Part shown: piece after piece, positions 17,244 through 27,039 of the stretch
Numbering within the stretch: the stretch's first letter is position 1
How the letters are laid out: the number at the start of each line of letters is the position of its first letter
Source of the DNA: a bacterium
GTDB lineage: Bacteria > Zhuqueibacterota > Zhuqueibacteria > Oceanimicrobiales > Oceanimicrobiaceae
DNA: 33,209 nt
Assembly: GCA_046757525.1 (NCBI GenBank)
Contig: JBHHYI010000029.1
Coordinates: forward strand, 1-33,209
Reading direction: 5' to 3'
Position numbers and translations under genes: made by a program
Notes under the pieces: generated by a model
The model's database searches: none
What the model saw: the letters and a program-made list of their open reading frames with translations, nothing else
Told to the model about the DNA's origin: nothing

Positions 17244-18929
17244 ATGGTTGCCATCCCACGGATCGACAAAGGGTACCGCAATTTAAAGCGCTACCGCCAA
17301 ATCGTCGGCATTTTGATCAAATACGGATTTGCAGAAGTCGTAGACCGGATGAATCTCAAAGCCTATTTGCAATTTGGCCGGCGCTTTTTCAAAAAGGAAG
17401 TCCCCACCGCAAAACGTCTCTCGGCGGCAGAACGCATCCGGCTGACCCTGGAGGAGTTGGGGCCTACTTTCATCAAATTGGGTCAAGTGCTGAGCACGCG
17501 CTCTTTTCTCATTCCGGCAGAGTTGCTGAAAGAACTGATCAAGTTGCAAGATGAAGTCAAGCCCATTCCATTTGAGCAAATTCAGCCCTATTTGGAAGCC
17601 CAGTTGCAAGCGCCCGTTGACGAAAAATTCGCAGCGTTCCAGGAGGAGGCCATCGCTTCCGCCTCCATTGCCCAGGCCCATCGTGCCCGTACGCCTGCTG
17701 GTCAGGAAGTTGTGGTTAAGATTCAACGGCCCGAAGTGGCACGCATCATCGCAACCGACCTGGACATCCTTTCAGACCTGGCGCGCTTGATGGACCGGTT
17801 CATTCCGGAGAGCCGCCAATTCGATCCCCAGGGTCTGGTGCGGGAGCTTTCGCAAACCATGAAGGGCGAGCTGGATTTTGTTTCTGAAGGACGGAATATT
17901 GAGGTCTTCGCCAAGAATTTTCGGGACTTCGAGCACGTCTACGTTCCCAAAGTATTCTGGGAGTTCACCACCGGCAAAGTGCTCACCACGGAATTCATCG
18001 ATGGCGTTAAGATTTCTGAAATTGACGAACTCAAAGCCTGCGGCTGTGATTTGAAATTTATCGCTCAGATCGGTGGTAAGTTCATCCTGAAACAAATCTT
18101 TGAAGACGGTTTTTTCCACGCCGATCCGCACCCGGGCAACCTTTTCGTGCGCGACCTGGACACCATCGTGCCGGTGGATTTCGGCATGATGGGCCGCCTG
18201 GATGACACCTTGTTGGAGGAAGTCTCCGACCTGCTCATCGGTACCGTTCAAAGGGATGCCGATCTCATCATCCGCGTCCTGCTCGACCTGGGTTCTCTGG
18301 ACGAAGGCCGCGACGTGCGTACCCTGCGTGCCGACATTGCCAATTTTATCGACCGTTACTACGGAGTGCCGCTGAAACGAATCAACATGCAAAGCATCAT
18401 CGCGGACGTTTTTGATCTGGTGACGAAACATGAACTGCGCACCCCTTCCAATCTCATGCTGCTGATGAAATCCATGGGGACTTACGAAGATTTGGCGCGC
18501 AAACTCGATCCTGATTTTGAAATCCTGCCCCTGGCCAAACCGTATGTGCGCAAGCTCATGTGGCAGCGATTAAACTTCAACAAGCTTGCTTACGAGGGCC
18601 TCAAAACCTTGCGGGATCTTTACAATTTGTTCAAGGTGCTGCCGAGAGAAATCGAACTCCTGCTGCGGCGCTTGAAACGAGGACAATTTACCATCGAACT
18701 GCAGGACCGCGGCATGCAGAATCTCATGCTGGAGATCGACCGTTCTTCCAATCGCATTGCTTTCAGTCTCATCATCGCAGCCCTAATCGTCGGGTCGTCG
18801 CTCATCCTCAAACAGAACGTGGGCCCCATGTTGTTCGGCTATCCGCTGTTTGGGGTGCTTGGCTACTTGTTTGCCGGCATACTCGGCATTTGGCTGGTCA
18901 TTGCGATTCTGCGCTCCGGCCGATTGTAA
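17244..18929 (+). CDS. ABC1/UbiB/AarF family atypical kinase
   Basis: LGPTFIKLGQ, ASASIAQ, VVKIQRP, FFHADPHPGN and DFG; two C-terminal TM helices. Confidence 0.93.
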   Translation: MVAIPRIDKGYRNLKRYRQIVGILIKYGFAEVVDRMNLKAYLQFGRRFFKKEVPTAKRLSAAERIRLTLEELGPTFIKLGQVLSTRSFLIPAELLKELIKLQDEVKPIPFEQIQPYLEAQLQAPVDEKFAAFQEEAIASASIAQAHRARTPAGQEVVVKIQRPEVARIIATDLDILSDLARLMDRFIPESRQFDPQGLVRELSQTMKGELDFVSEGRNIEVFAKNFRDFEHVYVPKVFWEFTTGKVLTTEFIDGVKISEIDELKACGCDLKFIAQIGGKFILKQIFEDGFFHADPHPGNLFVRDLDTIVPVDFGMMGRLDDTLLEEVSDLLIGTVQRDADLIIRVLLDLGSLDEGRDVRTLRADIANFIDRYYGVPLKRINMQSIIADVFDLVTKHELRTPSNLMLLMKSMGTYEDLARKLDPDFEILPLAKPYVRKLMWQRLNFNKLAYEGLKTLRDLYNLFKVLPREIELLLRRLKRGQFTIELQDRGMQNLMLEIDRSSNRIAFSLIIAALIVGSSLILKQNVGPMLFGYPLFGVLGYLFAGILGIWLVIAILRSGRL

Positions 18930-19071
18930 CGGGGCGTGCATCCTTCTCAAACACACGCCTGGAAAGACGAGTCACATGACATAGGCGGGAACAAAATAGT
19001 TGCAGCACGGCGTTAAGTATTTGGTGATTTGGTTCGATTCATAATCTACCTGTTTAAGCGTTACTTTGTGC

Positions 19072-19100
19072 TTGACAAACGACAATTTTTTGACTAATTT
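19072..19100 (+). promoter_or_regulatory. Putative sigma70 promoter
   Basis: TTGACA (19072-19077), 17-bp spacer, TAATTT (19095-19100). Confidence 0.55.
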
Positions 19101-19136
19101 AAACAGGCTATTTCACGATAAATGCTGAGGAATAAA

Positions 19137-20612
19137 ATGAAAAAGGATCGTTCAAAGCTCGGGCAAGTCTTGGCAATAGTTTTGCTATTGGTAACGACAT
19201 CGGTTCTGATCGCCCAAGACAAAAACGATATGGAAAGATCGTTGTTTGACAAAGTTGAAAAATTGCTAAATCAGGTCCAGTCGGGGCAGGGTTATGTGTT
19301 GTCGCCGACAAATTTCAAGAACGCACTGAACAAATACCACGAAGCGACAAAAGCCTTCAAACACGGCAAGGAGTTAAAGGGTATTCAGAAAAAGATAGCC
19401 GAAGCAAGAAGTTATCTCAAAAAAGCGTTAGAAACAGCCAAATTGGCTAAAGTGGCTTTTGCCACGACCTTAAAAGCGCGCGAGGACGCCTTGAAGGCCA
19501 ACGCTCCTGAATACGCTAAAGTTCGCTACGACGAGGCCGAAAATGCGTTCATTGCTGCGTCGAAGAAACTCGAACGAGGAGACGTCAGGAATGCCAAGAA
19601 ACGGATCCCGCAAATCAACCGTTTGTACCGTGCTGCTGAATTAACCGCGATCAAAGTTAGCATCATCGGAACGGTACGCAACTTGATGCGGGAAGCCAAA
19701 AAAATCGAAGCCCACAAATACACCCCTATCTCCTACGCCAGAGCTCAGAAGCTGCAGACCGAAGCGGAGGCCATCCTAAACAGCGACCGGCGTTCTGCTT
19801 CCAGTGCCAAAGAAAAAGCCGAAGCCGCAGAGATTGAAGCTAAGCATGCCATATACTTGACCCGTTTGATCAAACAGTTGAAAGATGACCCGAAACGGTG
19901 GGAGAACTTCTTTTTAAACCAGGAGACAAGTATTGAAAACACGGCCATGACTTTGGGGTTCAAGCCTGATTTTGATGAAGGCAATGAAAAGCCGCTAAAG
20001 AAAATCAGGACAGCCGTGGTTAACCTGCAAAAAGACAACAAGGAGCTTGTCAACGAACTGAATGAAAAGAATCAGGAAATTCAAAAGCGCACCGCTGAAT
20101 TGCAATCGTACAAGGAAAAGCAGCAGGGGTTGCAGGCGGAGTTGCAAGAGAAACAACTGCGATTGGAAATGAAAAAACGCCGCGAGGACAAGATTAAATC
20201 AGTCGAGCACTTGTTTTCTTCGGACGAGGCAGTGGTTTTGCGCAAAAGAAACGATATCATCATACGGCTAATCGGCCTGACTTTCCCCTCCGGCAAATCG
20301 ACCATTGAGCCGGATTATTTCAGTTTGTTGTCGAAAGTACAGAGAGCCATTCGCAAGTTTTCCAATTTTTCCATCACCATTGAGGGGCATACCGATTCCA
20401 TTGGCGACGAACGCTACAATGAAAACTTGTCGTATGAGCGCGCTTTGGCTGTCAAGCAATACCTATTGGCCAACATGGGATTGGAGGAGAGCCGGATCAC
20501 AGCGGTCGGTTACGGCGAAAGTAAGCCCATCGCCAGCAACGAAACCAAAGCGGGCAGGGCACGAAACCGTCGCATCGACATCGTATTGACTTTCTCCGAT
20601 GAGGTGTTGTAA
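19137..20612 (+). CDS. Exported helical/coiled-coil protein with C-terminal OmpA-like peptidoglycan-binding domain
   Basis: Signal peptide MKKDRSK...LIAQ. Start placed at 19137 after GAGG. C-terminal IEGHTD, LSYERA, GYGESKP and NRRIDI. Confidence 0.88.
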   Translation: MKKDRSKLGQVLAIVLLLVTTSVLIAQDKNDMERSLFDKVEKLLNQVQSGQGYVLSPTNFKNALNKYHEATKAFKHGKELKGIQKKIAEARSYLKKALETAKLAKVAFATTLKAREDALKANAPEYAKVRYDEAENAFIAASKKLERGDVRNAKKRIPQINRLYRAAELTAIKVSIIGTVRNLMREAKKIEAHKYTPISYARAQKLQTEAEAILNSDRRSASSAKEKAEAAEIEAKHAIYLTRLIKQLKDDPKRWENFFLNQETSIENTAMTLGFKPDFDEGNEKPLKKIRTAVVNLQKDNKELVNELNEKNQEIQKRTAELQSYKEKQQGLQAELQEKQLRLEMKKRREDKIKSVEHLFSSDEAVVLRKRNDIIIRLIGLTFPSGKSTIEPDYFSLLSKVQRAIRKFSNFSITIEGHTDSIGDERYNENLSYERALAVKQYLLANMGLEESRITAVGYGESKPIASNETKAGRARNRRIDIVLTFSDEVL

Positions 20613-20823
20613 AAACCGGCCGAGTGCGTGGCTCCACCTGCACCCCTCGCTGACTGGTACCCTGTCTTTTGAGTGTGAGATAATCGCGAAATGTCAAAAA
20701 AACGAGTTGCTTTTGTCAAATAATATTTTAGCTTAAGAGGGAACCAAAATTGTTTTTTCTGGGTTGCAATAATAATAATAAGTCAAACCGTTAAACATCT
20801 CACCATTCAATGAGGTTTGTAAA

Positions 20824-21336
20824 ATGGCTGGTAAAAAGTTAGGTTTCTCGGTTTTATTTTTGCTTATCGTACCAGTGCTTGGATTCGGACAGGTCAGAAA
20901 AGCAGGCAAGGTTGAGGTGGCCAGGGCTCTGACGGCGCCGGCTAAGGCTCAAGGAATCTTGGGTTTCATTGGTCTCGATGCGAGCAAGTTTTCCATGAGT
21001 CACAGCTATACCATGTCCTTTACCTCTGTGGGGGGACACGGCTTCAGCCAGGGCCTGTATTTGAATACCATGAAATACCAGCTTTCCAACCCAATGAGCC
21101 TGTATTTGCAGATCGGCTTCTTGAGCAGACCTTTCGGGAGCTTCGGTGGGAAAAGCTCATTTGACAATCAGTTGTTCATTTCCGGGGCTGGCTTAGAATA
21201 CAAACCTTCAGAGAATCTCAAAGTGCAATTCGAGTTCAGTCAAACCCCGGGATCGATTTATTCGCCCTATTACGGCAACTCATTCTACCGCCGAAGTCAT
21301 TTGTTGGGAAAAAACAAAGAACAGGCAAAACAGTAA
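20824..21336 (+). CDS. Hypothetical exported protein
   Basis: GAGG RBS, signal-peptide-like N-terminus, alternating aromatic beta-strand-like pattern. Confidence 0.7.
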   Translation: MAGKKLGFSVLFLLIVPVLGFGQVRKAGKVEVARALTAPAKAQGILGFIGLDASKFSMSHSYTMSFTSVGGHGFSQGLYLNTMKYQLSNPMSLYLQIGFLSRPFGSFGGKSSFDNQLFISGAGLEYKPSENLKVQFEFSQTPGSIYSPYYGNSFYRRSHLLGKNKEQAKQ

Positions 21337-21419
21337 GAAGCAAAAACGTTCATTACGACAAAGTCTATTGGCATCAATGACCGGGGTTCGTCTCGGTCAT
21401 TTTTTTGAGGAGGAGGGTG

Positions 21420-21956
21420 GTGAAAAGACGGCCCAAGTCGCGTCAGAACAGTTGGTCAAAAGGCCAAAGGAAGCCCAGGCGCAGATCGGCTGCCAGCAAG
21501 AGTCTGCGGGAACGTATTCTGACCGCCGGCATTTGGGCCATGGGCTTGATTAACCTGGTTCTTATCGTCTCTTTGCTTTCCGAGTTTTTTGTTTCCCCAC
21601 ACGAAACTACCATATCCATCAACTCAACGCCCGAGTCCACCCATGACAAGATTACCGTGGAAGTATTGAATGCGTGTGGCATCCAGGGTCTGGCCAACGA
21701 AATTGGACAGTATCTGCGGAATTCAAAGTTCGATGTCGTCGACATCGACAATTACCAGGGTGGGTTCAATTTGGACCGAACCTTGGTCCTGGACCGGGCT
21801 TCGTTAAGCAGGGTGAACGCGAAAAAAGTGGGCAAACAGTTGGGCGTGGCTGACAGTCAAATCGTGGAACAAATCGACAACTCCTCGCAGCTAAAAGTTA
21901 CCGTGATTATTGGCAAAGATTACAAGAAGTTAAAAGTCTACAAAGCCATCCGATAA
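21420..21956 (+). CDS. Membrane-anchored LytR C-terminal domain protein
   Basis: Basic N-terminus, one TM helix, then VEVLNACGIQGLA...FDVV..DNY...VTVIIGKDY. GTG start chosen after AGGAGG. Confidence 0.85.
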   Translation: MKRRPKSRQNSWSKGQRKPRRRSAASKSLRERILTAGIWAMGLINLVLIVSLLSEFFVSPHETTISINSTPESTHDKITVEVLNACGIQGLANEIGQYLRNSKFDVVDIDNYQGGFNLDRTLVLDRASLSRVNAKKVGKQLGVADSQIVEQIDNSSQLKVTVIIGKDYKKLKVYKAIR

Positions 21957-22005
21957 GCGGCTTCTGTTGATCTTCTCGTGACTTCGTGTTTCAGCGACAA
22001 TCCTC

Positions 22006-22034
22006 TTGTGTTTAATTTCCGAATTGCTTAAATT
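22006..22034 (+). promoter_or_regulatory. Possible sigma70 promoter for mtnA
   Basis: TTGTGT (22006-22011), 17-bp spacer, TAAATT (22029-22034) in AT-rich intergenic DNA. Confidence 0.35.
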
Positions 22035-22123
22035 TTGTTTTTAATTTTAATGCCGGCAACGCCGCTGTGCCGGGTTGCAAATAAGTCGGAAGCAACTGTG
22101 TTTGGCTTTAGTTAGGAGGGATC

Positions 22124-23176
22124 ATGCCTGTCACCACTATCGAATGGGTCAACGGAAAGATCCGCATGATTGACCAGACCAGGCTGCCCCAGGAGCTGGT
22201 CTATTTGGACATCGAAGATGTGGATGTCTTGGCCGAGGCCATAAGGTCGCTTCGGGTGCGTGGTGCGCCAGCCATTGGCATTGCCGGAGCGTTTGGCGTC
22301 TGTTTAGGCGTTTGCAACTACTCCGGCGAGGACAAAGCTGCTTTCTTTGCGAAGCTGAAAGCCACGGCCGAATATTTAAATGCGACCCGGCCCACCGCTG
22401 TTAATCTGTCCTGGGCCATCAATAGAATGCTGGAGGTTGCCGAAAAGAACAGGGAAAAACCGATCGCAGAGATCCAAGAGCGGCTTTTAGACGAGTCCAA
22501 AACCATTTGGGAGGAGGATCGTGAAATCTGCCGTCGCATTGGCAAACACGGGGCCGCGCTTATCCAGGACGGCTTTTCAATCCTGACGCATTGCAATACC
22601 GGGGCTTTAGCTACCGCTGACTACGGGACGGCTTTAGGCGTCGTGTTTGCAGCCCATGAAGCCGGTAAACACGTGCACGTGTTTGCAGACGAAACCCGTC
22701 CCCTGCTGCAGGGCGCGCGACTCAATGTTTGGGAGCTGATGAACGAGGGCATCGACGTGACCCTGATTTGTGACAACACCGCTGCCTTCGTGATGCAGCA
22801 GAACAAGATTGACTGTGTGATCGTGGGGGCCGACCGCATCGCACGAAACGGGGACACGGCTAACAAAATCGGCACCTACAATGTAGCGGTGCTGGCAGAG
22901 AAGCACAAGATACCGTTCTACGTGGCGGCGCCCTATTCCACCATTGATTTTAACATAAAAGACGGCGCGGAAATCCCCATCGAGGAGAGAGCAGCGCAGG
23001 AAGTAACCGAAGGCTTCGGCAGAAGAACGGCGCCAGCGGGCGCGAAGGTTTACAGTCCCGCATTCGATGTCACGCCCAATGAATTGATCACAGCTATTAT
23101 TACCGAAGAGGGAGTCATGAGGCCGCCTTACGAACAAAATCTGATTAAACACTCCAAACGAAATGATTTGAAGTAA
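22124..23176 (+). CDS. mtnA: S-methyl-5-thioribose-1-phosphate isomerase
   Basis: DQTRLP, VRGAPAIG, RPTAVNL, THCNTGALAT, ETRPLLQGARL, GADRIARNGDTANKIG and PAFDVTP; AGGAGG RBS. Confidence 0.96.
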   Translation: MPVTTIEWVNGKIRMIDQTRLPQELVYLDIEDVDVLAEAIRSLRVRGAPAIGIAGAFGVCLGVCNYSGEDKAAFFAKLKATAEYLNATRPTAVNLSWAINRMLEVAEKNREKPIAEIQERLLDESKTIWEEDREICRRIGKHGAALIQDGFSILTHCNTGALATADYGTALGVVFAAHEAGKHVHVFADETRPLLQGARLNVWELMNEGIDVTLICDNTAAFVMQQNKIDCVIVGADRIARNGDTANKIGTYNVAVLAEKHKIPFYVAAPYSTIDFNIKDGAEIPIEERAAQEVTEGFGRRTAPAGAKVYSPAFDVTPNELITAIITEEGVMRPPYEQNLIKHSKRNDLK

Positions 23177-23179
23177 AGT

Positions 23180-24319
23180 ATGTCGGAAGTCAGGCATTAT
23201 TTTCGAAAATTCGTTGGCTTCTCCGTTTGTAGTCTGATCGCTGGCCTCATCCTGAATTTAGGCGGTTGTCAGCCGAAAGAGGTCACCTCCGCACGGATTT
23301 ACATCCAGGAGAATAATTGGGGAGCCGCTATCGAGCAATTAGAACGCGCTGTGGAAGCCTATCCCAAGAACTCAGAAGCACACTACTTGTTGGGCGTGGC
23401 CTACGGACAGCGCGGTCGCTACAAGGACATGAACCGGCATTTTGATTTGTCTTTGAAGAATTCGCACAAGTTCGAGGCCGATATCATAGCCACGCGCGAA
23501 GGATTCTGGATCTCCAAGTTTGATGGCGGAATCAAAGCCCTGGAAAATGAGGACTATGACCGAGCCGAAGACCTGCTCAAACAGGCCATCATAATCGATG
23601 CGCAAAAACTGGAGACCTACAAAAAACTGGCCATTGTGTTCATTAAGACCCAAAATTTTGACAAAGCCATAACGCTTTACAAGAAATTATTGGAGGAGGG
23701 CAACCAGGACCTGGAAGTGCTGATCTCTCTGGGAAATCTGTATTACAGTGTCAACAATTTTGAACTTGCGGCCAGGATTTTAGAGAAGGTCGTGGCGATT
23801 GCACCGGGCCACCAGGACGCGCTGGCTAATTTGGCGCTTTGTTACGACGCCCTGGGCCAGAGTGAGGCGGCTTTTACAGCTTTTCAAAATGCTGTCAAGG
23901 CTAATCCCCAGGACAAGGATTTGATTTTTCTGTTTGGAGTGCACCAGTTCCAGCAAAAAAATTACCAGAAAGCCATTGCTCTTTTTAAACGGGTGCTGCA
24001 ATTGAATCCGGACGACTTTGAAGCCAGGGTCAACGTTGCGGTTGCTTATTTGAGCATAGCCGAGCTTGAAAAAGGCAAGCTAAAAAAGATAAACCTGAGC
24101 GAAAAGCATTCCCCTGAAGATATTCAGAGGCTGAAAGAGAGCGCCATTCTAAACTACAAAAGCGCCATCCCTTACCTTGAAGAAGCTCTGGAAAAACAAC
24201 CCAACCTGCCGAAGTTGTGGATGAACTTAGGGGTCGCTTACATCAACAGCGGAGAAAAAGAAAAGGGTGAAAAAGCGTTGTTGAGGTCCGAAGAACTAAA
24301 GGTTAATTTGGTCAAGTAG
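23180..24319 (+). CDS. TPR-repeat lipoprotein
   Basis: Hydrophobic leader with an LGGC lipobox and multiple TPR-like repeats (e.g. AHYLLGVAYG, ALANLALCYD, LWMNLGVAY). Confidence 0.85.
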   Translation: MSEVRHYFRKFVGFSVCSLIAGLILNLGGCQPKEVTSARIYIQENNWGAAIEQLERAVEAYPKNSEAHYLLGVAYGQRGRYKDMNRHFDLSLKNSHKFEADIIATREGFWISKFDGGIKALENEDYDRAEDLLKQAIIIDAQKLETYKKLAIVFIKTQNFDKAITLYKKLLEEGNQDLEVLISLGNLYYSVNNFELAARILEKVVAIAPGHQDALANLALCYDALGQSEAAFTAFQNAVKANPQDKDLIFLFGVHQFQQKNYQKAIALFKRVLQLNPDDFEARVNVAVAYLSIAELEKGKLKKINLSEKHSPEDIQRLKESAILNYKSAIPYLEEALEKQPNLPKLWMNLGVAYINSGEKEKGEKALLRSEELKVNLVK

Positions 24320-24677
24320 GGCTACCCAGGAGTTAGCGTCTCTGAAATAGATTCGGATTTTTTGGAGCGATTGATTAAGGAGGTTCCTGCCGGTGCGGAA
24401 ATGACTCGCAGTGTAGAACAATTCATTTAGCAGATCGAATCCCGTCTCCCAGTCGTCTATGGTAACGCTCGTAACCTCTAAAGGTAACGAAAACAACCTT
24501 GCTATTCTCATAGAGTTTTCATAAACATTTGTTTGTTAAAGCCGTTTGTGTTCTGGCATACTCCTTGTGCTTTTAAGTGCTTTGAGGCTGAGAAAGATAG
24601 TGGTTTCTAAAATGCAGATTACGCAATGGCAATCGACTATTTGCTAATCGAGAAGGCCACCCTTTTGTTTGTAATAT

Positions 24678-24706
24678 TTGCATACGATTCCTAATTTTGG
24701 TATATT
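24678..24706 (+). promoter_or_regulatory. Sigma70-type promoter heading the RM/defence island
   Basis: TTGCAT (24678-24683), 17-bp spacer, TATATT (24701-24706) preceded by TGn. Confidence 0.6.
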
Positions 24707-24731
24707 TCTAACATCTTAGTGAAAGGGCATC

Positions 24732-26108
24732 ATGGCTAAGTATACCAAGGAAAGCGACGCGAGAATTATCATTGATGACTTTTTGCGACAAGCGGGCTGG
24801 GATCCAGCCGACAAGTCACACGTTTTGACAGAAGTGTCGGTGGACACAGCGCTGCACGTGGTCGCAGACGCCGAGCCCCGAGGACTCAAGACCGCCGACC
24901 TCGATGAGGAGCACTACGACCCGGCTGAATTCGAGCGCAAATGGACCAACGAGGACAGCAACCGAAAAATGATACAGGAGTTCGACCGGCTGGCCTGCGA
25001 GAGCTACAAAGAACTGGCCCCCGGCCAGAAAATCGGTGCTGGCAAGACCATCGTCTTCGCCATCACCAAACACCATGCGGCCCGACTGACCCAATATCTG
25101 AACGACCTCCATCCCGAGTGTAAAGGCAAATACGCCGAAGTCATCACTTCGGATGTGATGAACGCCGATGACCTCATTCGACAATTCAAGTACGAGGACT
25201 ATCCTCAGGTAGCTGTAAGCGTCGGGATGTTGGACACTGGCTTCGATTGTCGCGAGGTGCTGCACCTGGTCATGTGCCGGCGTGTGCGAAGCCCCATCCT
25301 CTACCAGCAAATGCGCGGCCGCGGCACCCGCACGGCGCCGCATATCGATAAGCGGAAGTTTGTGATCTACGACTTCTTCGATAATCACAAGTACTTCAAC
25401 GACAGCGATACCGATATCTTCACCGGCACCGGGCGCGGAGTCCCACCCGAACGAGGCGAGAGGCCGCTGCCACGCTCGTTGATGGAGCTCGGGTTGGAAG
25501 ACGAGTGGTTGGAGGCGGTCACCTACGTGGAAGTAGGACCGGGCGGCGAGCGGCTTCTGGAGCGCTCCATCTTCGGGTTCGACGTGTCGCGGCAGATGAT
25601 GCGCATCGCCATGATGAACCTGGTGCTGCACGGCATTCGGCAGGCGCGGGTGAAGCGCGCCAACACCCTTTCCGATATCGGGGGACTCAGCGAAGAGGAT
25701 CTGCACCGGCGCTATAAAGTCATCCTTTCCAATCCGCCGTTTGCCGGCGTGCTGCCCAAAGATTCCATCCGCAAAGATCTGCCCACCAACTCCAAGAAGA
25801 GCGAGCTGCTGTTTTTGGGGGTGATGCTGGAAGCGCTGGCGCCCGGCGGCCGCGGCGCCGTGGTGGTGCCGGAGGGACTGTTGTTCGGCTCCACCAGCGC
25901 CCACGTGGAGCTGCGCCGCAAGTTAGTGGAAGAGTTCGAGCTGCTGGCGGCGGCCGTCCGGAAACACCGGACAAGAACGACATTCCCGATTTGCTCGAAC
26001 AGTGGCGGGCTTACAAAGCCTCCAACTTCAAAATGCCGCCCGGGGTGGCAGCCAACACCCTGCTGGAGCCGGGCAGCGCCGAGCCGCGCTGCTGGTGACC
26101 GGAGGTAA
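24732..26108 (+). pseudogene. hsdR: Deletion-derived chimera of type I RM hsdR and hsdM
   Basis: HsdR N-terminus (IDDFLRQAGWD) joined near 24880 to the HsdR helicase C-domain (KTIVFA, VGMLDTGFD, QMRGRGTR), then near 25553 to an HsdM middle segment (MMNLVLHGI, SNPPF, VVPEGLLF). No nuclease motif, Walker A, DEAH or HsdM motif I (DPxCGxG) is present. Confidence 0.85.
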
Positions 26109-26281
26109 AAACCGTGGCCGAAAACGACTACAACCTGGCCGCCGGGCGCTACAAACCCCAGGTGGCGGAAAAAGCGCCGGACGAGGACCCGGCGGAGTTA
26201 ATTCGGGAGGTGCTGGCGCTTGAGAAGGAGATTGCGGCGGGGTTGCAGAAGCTGCTGAGGGAACTGGAAAGATCGGAATGA
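25946..26281 (+). pseudogene. hsdM: C-terminal fragment of hsdM in a shifted frame, with internal stop
   Basis: Reads GGGRPETPDKNDIPDLL...EPRCW*PEVKTVAENDYNLAAGRYKP...EDPAELIREVLALEKEIAAGLQKL. Internal TGA at 26096-26098; the final TGA overlaps the next ATG (ATGA, 26278-26281). Confidence 0.8.
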
Positions 26282-27039
26282 AGCAAAAGGAAGAAAAATT
26301 ACTTTCTCCCACGGGGAGAGACTACCACGGCCTGCTGGCGGACATCGCCGGTCTACTCGCAGAGGCCAGGCGGCAAGCCGCCCTGTCGGTGAACGCCGTC
26401 CTCACGGCAACCTATTGGCTTATCGGCCGCAGGATTGTGGAATTCGAGCAGAAGGGCAAAAAGCGCGCGGAATATGGAGCGGGACTCCTCGAGCATCTTT
26501 CAACGGACCTGAGGACACAGTTCGGGCGCGGTTTCAGTCCCGTAAACCTGAGTCAGATGAAAAGATTTTATATCCTTTGGCCTGAGCAGAAGATTTTTCA
26601 GACGCTGTCTGAAAAATCACAGACACTGTACGGCAAATCTATCTCTCGACGCATTCCTGGGGAATTTGAGCCAACGCAACTTGCTGAAGCTTTCCCTCTC
26701 CCGTGGTCCGCCTACGTCCGTCTGATGACTGTCAAAGACAAGGAGGCTCGCGGCTTCTACGAAGCCGAAGCCCTGCGCGGCGGCTGGTCGGTACGGCAGC
26801 TCGACCGTCAGATTTCCTCTCAGTTTTACGAACGTACGCTTCTCTCACGCAATAAGGCGTCGATGCTCAAAAAGGGCGCCGTGGCCCGGTATGCTCTGGA
26901 GGGCTTGCCAAGCAAGGTCATCGCTTCGGAATACAAGCTTGCCCTGCCGGATGAAAAACAACTGGCAGAAGAGATGAACCGCACGCGGCGGATGCTCGAG
27001 GCGCGGAGAAAGAGGCAAAGCGGGGAGACCTCGGGATGA
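26278..27039 (+). pseudogene. DUF1016/YhcG family gene with the nuclease domain deleted in frame
   Basis: DUF1016 N-terminal motifs (YWLIGRRIVEFEQ, LPWSAY, FYEAEA..GGWSVRQL.RQI.SQFYER) jump near 26880 to the extreme C-terminus (YALEGL...ASEYKLALP). The KDPY...DL...IDLK PD-(D/E)XK region is absent. It may still be expressed as an N-domain-only protein. Confidence 0.8.
26592..26618. repeat. Perfect 12-bp inverted repeat with 3-nt loop inside DUF1016 copy 1
   Basis: GATTTTTCAGAC-GCT-GTCTGAAAAATC. Confidence 0.95.

Noticed and set aside
21960..22120. SAM riboswitch upstream of mtnA
   Set aside because: Only short hairpins are present (e.g. CCGGCA/TGCCGG); the SAM-I core elements were not recognisable by eye.
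24296..24511. 71-aa minus-strand ORF
   Set aside because: No RBS or recognisable motif, and it overlaps the TPR gene end. Cannot be supported.
26096..26098. In-frame TGA in the hsdM tail as possible recoding (Sec/Trp)
   Set aside because: TGA acts as a normal stop for many genes here and the gene is already broken by deletions, so a nonsense mutation is simpler.
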